Positions 14,877 through 21,095 of a stretch of 40,522 bases of DNA are shown piece by piece. Position 1 is the first letter of the stretch. Each line of letters begins with the position of its first letter. The notes beneath the pieces are model-generated. The model was given only the letters and a program-made list of their open reading frames with translations, did not search any database and was not told the origin of the DNA. This stretch comes from Streptosporangiaceae bacterium (GTDB lineage: Bacteria > Actinomycetota > Actinomycetes > Streptosporangiales > Streptosporangiaceae), in assembly GCA_036495825.1 (NCBI GenBank), contig DASXME010000172.1, forward strand, positions 1-40,522, given 5' to 3'. Both the position numbers and the translations under genes were made by a program.

Positions 14877-16403
14877 TCACGTAGCGCCAGCGGTGAGGAC
14901 CCGCGGTCCGCCATCGACTCCGGGGCCGGACCGGCCTAGGCCCGGCTGGCCATCAGGGCCGGCCGCCTGAGCCTCCTTCTCGCGCCGCATCGCCATGTCG
15001 TTGCGCCAGAGTATGACGTAGGCGAGCAGGGTGAAGGAGATCGGCGGCCCGACCGCCTGATAGGAGATCATGAAAACGAACCCGAGCAGGATGACGAGGA
15101 CTCCCACCATCCCGTAGGGCGTCTTGTCCCGCCGGAATCGCCATACGGCATAGCCGAAGAAGCCGAGGTAGAGCCCCGTGCCGAGCAGGCCGTTGGTGAC
15201 CAGGAGCATCCACAGCTGCCCGTTGCCGCCGATGCTCCTCGAACCGCAGCTCTTGCATGTCTGCGTGCGGCCGACCGCGATCGAGTTCGTGCTGCCCAGC
15301 TCGTGCCGGGTGTCGCCGTAGCCGATGATGGGGGACGAGATCGCGTCCTGAATGGCGATGCCGGACAGCGACGCGCGCACTGAGTTGCTCTTGCCGTTAT
15401 GCAGCCGCGTGGTGATCACGTTGCCGACGGGGGTGGCGATGATCACGACCCCGGCTATCGCGACGACCGCGGCGAAGACCCCCAGCATGGCCAGCTTGCC
15501 CCGGGCGGCCATGCGCACCGCCAGGTAGACCAGGCTGCACGCGACGCCGAGCCACAGCCCGCGGTCGAGTGAGTACAGCAGGGGCGCCATCGCGACGGCG
15601 AACACGATCACGCACCAGCGCCGCTGCCTGCGGGTGGTGGCGTAGCTCCACCAGGCCACGATCAGCCAGGGCAGCAGGATGGCCAGGCAGTTCCCCCACA
15701 TGTTGGTGTAGTCGAACGGCGCTTTCGGCCGGCCTGCCGCGTAGCCGAGCAGGTTCTGGATCTCGGAGGACCCCGGGTGCAGCAGGACCGCAAGCTGGGC
15801 GTTGCCGTTCTGGATGCTCTGCGGGATGACGTAGGCCAGCGGTGAGGTGAACGAGAACGTGGGGTCGGCCATGCCGAGCAGGCCGCCGGCGACCGCGTAG
15901 AACCCGACCAGGCCGAGCAGCGCGGCCAGCTTCCGGCGCGGGAACTCAGCCTCGGTCAGGTTGCCCATGTACAGGAACACGGCGGTGACGCCGATGTAGT
16001 CGGAGCCGCGGAGCCCGTAGGAGATCAGCCGGTTCGAGACCGAGCTGACGACCGTCTGCGGGGCCGTCTGGCCGATCGCCGTGACGCTCAGGATCATCAC
16101 GATCAGGAACATCGCCCAGAGCGCGAACCCGGGCGGCAGCTTGATCGGGCGCTGGCGGTGGGCCCGCCAGCGGTACATCGTCCTGATCGTGGGGAAGGCC
16201 AGCAGGATAGGCATGTAGTCGGCCACCCCGAGTACCCACCACAGCGGGTAGAGGATCAGGTATCCGCTCACCGGCCAGCCCGGGTGCCGGGCGAACCAGT
16301 TGCCGGCGGGCCTGCTCTCGTCGGCCGGCAACTGGCCAACAAGGCGCTCGTCCGGCTCGCCACCGCGGCCGCTGTGCTGGCCTCGCGTCAGCAGCGTCGT
16401 CAT
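14877..16403 (-). CDS. O-antigen ligase/polymerase (Wzy)-like polytopic membrane protein
   Basis: Multi-helix hydrophobic protein with one larger loop (GYGDTRHELGSTNSIAVGRTQTCKSCGSRSIGGNGQLWMLL). It lies between a flippase and a PCP gene. The assignment rests on architecture and context only. Confidence 0.55.
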   Translation of the reverse strand: MTTLLTRGQHSGRGGEPDERLVGQLPADESRPAGNWFARHPGWPVSGYLILYPLWWVLGVADYMPILLAFPTIRTMYRWRAHRQRPIKLPPGFALWAMFLIVMILSVTAIGQTAPQTVVSSVSNRLISYGLRGSDYIGVTAVFLYMGNLTEAEFPRRKLAALLGLVGFYAVAGGLLGMADPTFSFTSPLAYVIPQSIQNGNAQLAVLLHPGSSEIQNLLGYAAGRPKAPFDYTNMWGNCLAILLPWLIVAWWSYATTRRQRRWCVIVFAVAMAPLLYSLDRGLWLGVACSLVYLAVRMAARGKLAMLGVFAAVVAIAGVVIIATPVGNVITTRLHNGKSNSVRASLSGIAIQDAISSPIIGYGDTRHELGSTNSIAVGRTQTCKSCGSRSIGGNGQLWMLLVTNGLLGTGLYLGFFGYAVWRFRRDKTPYGMVGVLVILLGFVFMISYQAVGPPISFTLLAYVILWRNDMAMRREKEAQAAGPDGQPGLGRSGPGVDGGPRVLTAGAT

Positions 16404-16476
16404 GATCGGCTCTCCGTCTCTGGGGAAGCCCAGGTGTCCTGCGCGTTCGCGAGTTCTCGTGCCTCGGTCGCCATGG

Positions 16477-17529
16477 TTACCCTGACGCGCTGACCGAAGT
16501 ACCCTCGGGCGCGAGGATAACCCAGGTCGAACCGGGCTGAAACGCCATCGGCTGCCCGCTGGCGTCGAAGTAGTTGGTGACGTCTCCGATGTGCGGCTTG
16601 GACCAGGTGCCGGTGGCCGCAGTGCCGCCGCTCCCGCCCGCAGCGGCGGCGGAAAATACCTGCGCGTGGCCGCCGCCGATCACTCGGGCGCTCTGCACCG
16701 AGATCCCTAGGTGACGGCTCTCGAAGACCGTCTTGAAGGGGACCGTCTGGACCACCAGGTTCGCCACCTCCACCCGGGGGCCGCCGCTGCTGAGCACCCA
16801 CCGGTTAGCGCTGGCGTCGAAACTCCAGTTCTGTGTGCCCAGGCCGGGAGCAGAGATCGCGACCCCGGTCGGCCGCGTCACCCCGCTGGGCGCGAGCGTG
16901 CTGGCACCGGTGTCCGAGCCCCGGTACCTGAACAGCGGCGGCGGTGCCTGGGCGCCGGTGACCGCGCCCAGCAGGCTGGTCGTCGATGCGGTCAGGCCCG
17001 TGGCCGCTGCCGTGTAGGCGGTCGGATGAACCGTATAACTGGCGGCCTTGACGGCGGACTTGTCGAGAATGTTGATGAAGCCCGTGCTGCCGCCGTTGTA
17101 GCCGGTGACCGGATGCAGCACGGCCAGGATCGCGGCGTCCTCAGGGCGGGCGCCCGTCACCGGGCCCACCGCGCTGACCGACTTCGACTGGAATACGGCG
17201 AGGTAACGCACGGTCGGCGTGGTGAAGTCCTGGTACACCACATCGGCCGAGCCGAGCCCCTCCGGGCTCGATCCCGAGACGAGCACGGCCACGGCAGGCT
17301 TGCCCGCCGCCGCGGAACTGGCCGCGGCCAGGTTGGTCAGCGGGTCCAGCGGGGCGGTGCTCGTGGTCTGGTCGGTCCCCGTTGACGTGGGCGTGGGCGT
17401 CGGGGACGACGGCGGGACCGATGAGATCGGGTTGGGCGCACCGGCCCCGCACGCCGTGACGGCGAGGCCGGCCGCCGCAGCGAGCCCGATCATGGTCCAG
17501 CGCACCTGCCGTGAAGGCGTGCGTGGCAT
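16477..17529 (-). CDS. DUF3048-family lipoprotein
   Basis: Signal peptide with lipobox (LAVTAC), a Pro/Thr-rich linker, then AVLVSGSSPEGLGSADVVYQDFTTPTVRYLAVFQS, which resembles the DUF3048 N-terminal block. Confidence 0.6.
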   Translation of the reverse strand: MPRTPSRQVRWTMIGLAAAAGLAVTACGAGAPNPISSVPPSSPTPTPTSTGTDQTTSTAPLDPLTNLAAASSAAAGKPAVAVLVSGSSPEGLGSADVVYQDFTTPTVRYLAVFQSKSVSAVGPVTGARPEDAAILAVLHPVTGYNGGSTGFINILDKSAVKAASYTVHPTAYTAAATGLTASTTSLLGAVTGAQAPPPLFRYRGSDTGASTLAPSGVTRPTGVAISAPGLGTQNWSFDASANRWVLSSGGPRVEVANLVVQTVPFKTVFESRHLGISVQSARVIGGGHAQVFSAAAAGGSGGTAATGTWSKPHIGDVTNYFDASGQPMAFQPGSTWVILAPEGTSVSASG

Positions 17530-17532
17530 AGG

Positions 17533-19242
17533 TCAGTTGCCCGGAACTCTGCCGGCCGGGTCGCCCTGCCCCTCGCGGCTGCGGATCCGTCGCTCCCGCC
17601 TGTTGTCCGGCCGGTCGTCGGGCGCGGACGGCGGGAGCTCGGCCTGCCCGCGTCCCGCGGTCGCGCTCGGCGCGGAGTCGTCGGGACCAAGCCGCGGCCC
17701 GCCGGCCCTGGGCGGCCGCACGCTGACCCGGGAGCTGATGGCCGACAGCACCGCGCTGCCGAGCACCGGAGTCCGCAGCTGGCGCAGGCGCCTGATGCAC
17801 TCGGCCGCGTCGTCGCGCGTGGTGCGCGGGACCTCCACGGCGATGAGCGCGGCGTCGGCGAACTCGGCCAGGGCGAAGGTGTCGGCACCGTCGTCGGTGG
17901 CCTGCGCGTCGATGATCACGTAGCGGGCGTCCCTGCGCAGCTGCGAGGTGAGCGCCTGGGTCCGGTCATGCTGCAGGTTGTAGACGGCCAGCGAGGTGTC
18001 CGCGCCCGGCGTGATCACCCAGAGGCCGGGAATGCCGGCCGGCCCCCTGGCCACATCCCGGACGGTCGCGCGCCCGGCGAGCACCTCGGACAGCCCGCGG
18101 CCATCCTCGACGCCGAGCATCTCGGGGGCCACGCTGTCGTCCAGGTTGGCGCAGACCAGCACGACTTCACCGTGCGTCCTGGCCATGGTCGCGGCCAGGT
18201 TGGCCGCCACCACGCTGCCACCAGGGCCCGACGTCGTCCCGGCCACCAGCAGGACGTGGCTTCCCTCGCCCAGTGACGCGGCCACCGCGTGCGCGAGCTC
18301 GGTGAAGGCCTGCCCGGTGCGTGACCTCGGCGAGGCGAGCGAGAGCTGCTGGCTGAACGCCTTCCTGGGCACGTTGAGCAGCAGCGGCAGGCCGAGCAGA
18401 CGCTCCGCGTCGCGGGCGGTGTGGATCTTCTTGTCGCGCCGGTCCCAGATGAACGCGCCGATCAGGCCGAGCAGCAGCCCGGCGACGAGCCCGCTCGGCA
18501 GGATCAGCGACTTCTTGGGGCTGGTCGCCTTGCCGGGCACCCCCGCGGGAGACAGGATCGATCCGCCGGAATTCTTGGCGCCGGCCCCGGCCAGCGTGCT
18601 GATCTGGCCGGTGAGGCTCTTCAGCTGGGTGTTGACCGAGCCCAGGATGGTCTCGTCGGTGGCCCGCTGCGAGGAGTTAGAGGGCAGCCCGCTGATCTTC
18701 GTGTTCAGCGAGGACGCCTGCTGCGTCAGAGAGGTCACCTGCGTCTGCAGCGTCTTGACCTGGGCCTGGGTCTGCGCCACCGAGGTGTTGCTCCGGTTCT
18801 GCAGGTACGCCTGACCGAAGGCGTTCGCGCAGGCGGCCGCTCCCGTCGCCGTGGGTGCACCACAGGTGATCAGGAGCACCGAGGAGTTCGGCGGGACGGC
18901 AACCGAGACGTTCTGAGTGAGCTGGAACGGCGTGAGCGTGCTGTGCATGATCTTGGCCGCGGGTACCGCGACGGTGTCGGAGGTGACAACCTGTGCCTCG
19001 GTGTCGAGGTTGACCGTCGCGCCGTTGGTGCGGCTGCCCTGGACCACATTCGCGCCGTTGTCAGCCCCGGTGGGCGTGACGCTCACCTTCACCGTCGCGT
19101 CATATGTCTTTTTCGCGACGGTGGTGTAGCCGAAGGCCCCAATCAGGCCGATGATCGTCAGGCTCACCACGATCAGCCAGCGTCGGCGTAGTACGCCGAC
19201 GTAGTCGGCCACCTGGAATGAGTCCGGAAGACCGGGATTCAT
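17533..19242 (-). CDS. Polysaccharide co-polymerase (Wzz/PCP) with a C-terminal BY-kinase-like, apparently degenerate P-loop domain
   Basis: Wzz-type N-terminus (FQVADYVGVLRRRWLIVVSLTIIGLIGAFGYTTVAKKTYDATVKVSV), a long Gln/Thr/Ser-rich periplasmic region and a second TM (LILPSGLVAGLLLGLIGAFIW). The ATPase-like domain has VLLVAGTTSGPGGSVVAANLA in place of Walker A. GAGGAG lies upstream of ATG 19242. Confidence 0.75.
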   Translation of the reverse strand: MNPGLPDSFQVADYVGVLRRRWLIVVSLTIIGLIGAFGYTTVAKKTYDATVKVSVTPTGADNGANVVQGSRTNGATVNLDTEAQVVTSDTVAVPAAKIMHSTLTPFQLTQNVSVAVPPNSSVLLITCGAPTATGAAACANAFGQAYLQNRSNTSVAQTQAQVKTLQTQVTSLTQQASSLNTKISGLPSNSSQRATDETILGSVNTQLKSLTGQISTLAGAGAKNSGGSILSPAGVPGKATSPKKSLILPSGLVAGLLLGLIGAFIWDRRDKKIHTARDAERLLGLPLLLNVPRKAFSQQLSLASPRSRTGQAFTELAHAVAASLGEGSHVLLVAGTTSGPGGSVVAANLAATMARTHGEVVLVCANLDDSVAPEMLGVEDGRGLSEVLAGRATVRDVARGPAGIPGLWVITPGADTSLAVYNLQHDRTQALTSQLRRDARYVIIDAQATDDGADTFALAEFADAALIAVEVPRTTRDDAAECIRRLRQLRTPVLGSAVLSAISSRVSVRPPRAGGPRLGPDDSAPSATAGRGQAELPPSAPDDRPDNRRERRIRSREGQGDPAGRVPGN

Positions 19243-19722
19243 GCTGCGGTACTCCTCACTATCTCGGTGCCTTTCTGCTCGGCACCTGGCCGCCCAACAC
19301 TGTCGGTCGACGCCAAACGCTGCTTATTGAGTGCCAGGGTGTCGATCTGAACCATTCGGTACCGCTTTGCTGCCGGTCCATGGCCGCCGCTGTCGACAAC
19401 CTGTGCAGTGTCGACGCGCGGTTCAAGCCGTTGGATGACATCTGGCCCGCTATCGGTGGATTTTTTCCTATCTAGGCTGGCCAACCTGGATGTCGCGAAT
19501 GCGGTGTATGAGTCTATGGTAGACGCGCGCGTCCCAGTGACGGGACGCGGCGATCCCGCGTGCACGTTAGCACTCCCCCGTAGTAGACCCCCCGGCGGCG
19601 CGGCCCCGGCCTGCCGCCGGCCGGCCCGCCTGCGCGAGCCGGGCGCGTGACCGCGAACCGGCACACAGCGTGCCCCCAGGCAAAGCCGGCCTTTTTCCCA
19701 CGAGGAACCGGGCGGGCTCCCC

Positions 19723-20949
19723 ATGAAACTGCCTACTCTAGGGTCCATGGAACACCATGCACGTGAAATACGCCAGTGCGATGACCGGCCCAGCCGCGCC
19801 ACCCGGGCGCGGTCCAAGGCCAGGAACCAGGCGCGGCACTGGCGCGGCGGGCTGGCCGCGGTGGCTGCCGTGGCGGCTCTGGTCACGCTGGCGGCGGTCG
19901 GCTGCGCCAGCACGTCGTCACCGCCGGGGGCCAGCGGCGGCACGAGCCCGAGCCCGGGAGCCGGCGGTGTCGTGAGCCCGCCGGCCGGCGGTGGCACCGG
20001 CGGCGGTGCCACCGGTCCCGGCGGCTCGTCGCTGAGCGCCAACCAGCGGGCCGGCATCGCCGGCGGCGCGCTGTTCGGCGGCGACGTGCCGCTGGTCAGC
20101 GAGCAAGGGCAACTCGGCCGGAAACTTGCCATAATCCGGGTATACGACCATCTGGGTGAAGATTTCATGAACCCACAGGTGCGGCGGTTCATGTCCAGCG
20201 GTAGCACGCTGCTCGTCAGCCTGGACACCCTGCCGGGCGGGGCCAGCTACGCCTCCATTGCCGCCGGGCACGAGGACGCCACGATCTCCGGGTTCCTGCG
20301 GTCGGTGGACCAGGCCGCCGTCCAGTACCACCTCGGCGCGATCTACATCTGCTTTGAGCACGAGGCCGACACCCCCCCGCATCACACCGGGCTCGGCACG
20401 CCCGCGCAGTTCGTCCAGGCCTGGGATCACATCCACCAGCTCGCCACCGGCGCGCACCTGGACTGGAACCAGGGCGGGCGGCTGCACTGGGTGCTGATCC
20501 TCACGCACGGCACCTACATCGCGGGCACGGCCGGCCAGTACTGGCCGGGCGCCGATGAGGTCGACATCGTCGGCGTGGACGGGTACAACACGGCGGACTG
20601 CCGTGCGGCCACCGGCGGCAACATGGTGGCCCAGGGCAACGACGTGCAGACCCCGGCCGACCTCTTCGGCGCGGTGCTCGGCTTCGCCAGGACGCACGGT
20701 GACCTGTCGGTGTTCGTGGCCGAGTGGGCCAGCGTTCCCTACGCGTCGCTGGCCATCCAGCCCGGGTTCATCCACCAGATGCAGGAGTACGTCGCCGCCA
20801 ACCACGCGATCGCGGCGGCGATGTACTGGAATGGGCACGGCCAGGGCAACGGCTGCGATTACAACCTGAACAGCCGCCTGTCCTCGCTCACCGCGCTGGC
20901 CAGCATGGGCCTGTCGGCTGCCCTGCAGGGGCGTGTCCCGTCCGTCTGA
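19723..20949 (+). CDS. Glycoside hydrolase, GH26-like (beta-mannanase/endoglycanase-like) lipoprotein
   Basis: Signal/lipobox LVTLAAVGCAST and a Gly/Pro/Ser linker. The TIM-barrel-like blocks ICFEHEAD, WPGADEVDIVGVDGYN and VFVAEWAS resemble the two catalytic-Glu segments of GH26. The start codon is uncertain. Confidence 0.5.
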   Translation: MKLPTLGSMEHHAREIRQCDDRPSRATRARSKARNQARHWRGGLAAVAAVAALVTLAAVGCASTSSPPGASGGTSPSPGAGGVVSPPAGGGTGGGATGPGGSSLSANQRAGIAGGALFGGDVPLVSEQGQLGRKLAIIRVYDHLGEDFMNPQVRRFMSSGSTLLVSLDTLPGGASYASIAAGHEDATISGFLRSVDQAAVQYHLGAIYICFEHEADTPPHHTGLGTPAQFVQAWDHIHQLATGAHLDWNQGGRLHWVLILTHGTYIAGTAGQYWPGADEVDIVGVDGYNTADCRAATGGNMVAQGNDVQTPADLFGAVLGFARTHGDLSVFVAEWASVPYASLAIQPGFIHQMQEYVAANHAIAAAMYWNGHGQGNGCDYNLNSRLSSLTALASMGLSAALQGRVPSV

Positions 20950-21014
20950 AATGCGATCTTCGGCCTCCGGCCTTTCGGCCCATGGCCCCCGAGGGCAAAG
21001 GTCCGTCAGCGAGT

Positions 21015-21056
21015 AAAGGCCTGGCCGGGAGCGAATTCGCTCCCGGCCAGGCCTTT
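21015..21056. terminator. Bidirectional intrinsic terminator: perfect 42-nt palindrome between convergent genes
   Basis: aaaggcctggccgggagcgaa|ttcgctcccggccaggccttt is an exact reverse complement, centred on GAATTC. A GC-rich stem is flanked by an A-tract and a T-tract, so either transcript ends in a hairpin plus U-run. Confidence 0.8.
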
Positions 21057-21095
21057 TACCTACTGGCGGTTTACGTCAAGAAACGGCCAGGACCG

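Noticed and set aside
19528-19560. Two mutually exclusive hairpins (cgcgtccc-N6-gggacgcg and acgcgg-N5-ccgcgt) in the PCP/GH26 divergent spacer, possibly an attenuator
   Set aside because: The stems are short and GC-rich, as expected by chance in this composition. There is no leader peptide, U-tract or recognisable riboswitch core nearby.
19239-20228. 329-aa minus-strand ORF spanning the divergent spacer and the 5' part of the GH26-like gene
   Set aside because: It is Pro/Ala/Arg-rich low-complexity sequence and overlaps a better-supported plus-strand CDS that has a signal peptide and catalytic-block similarity.
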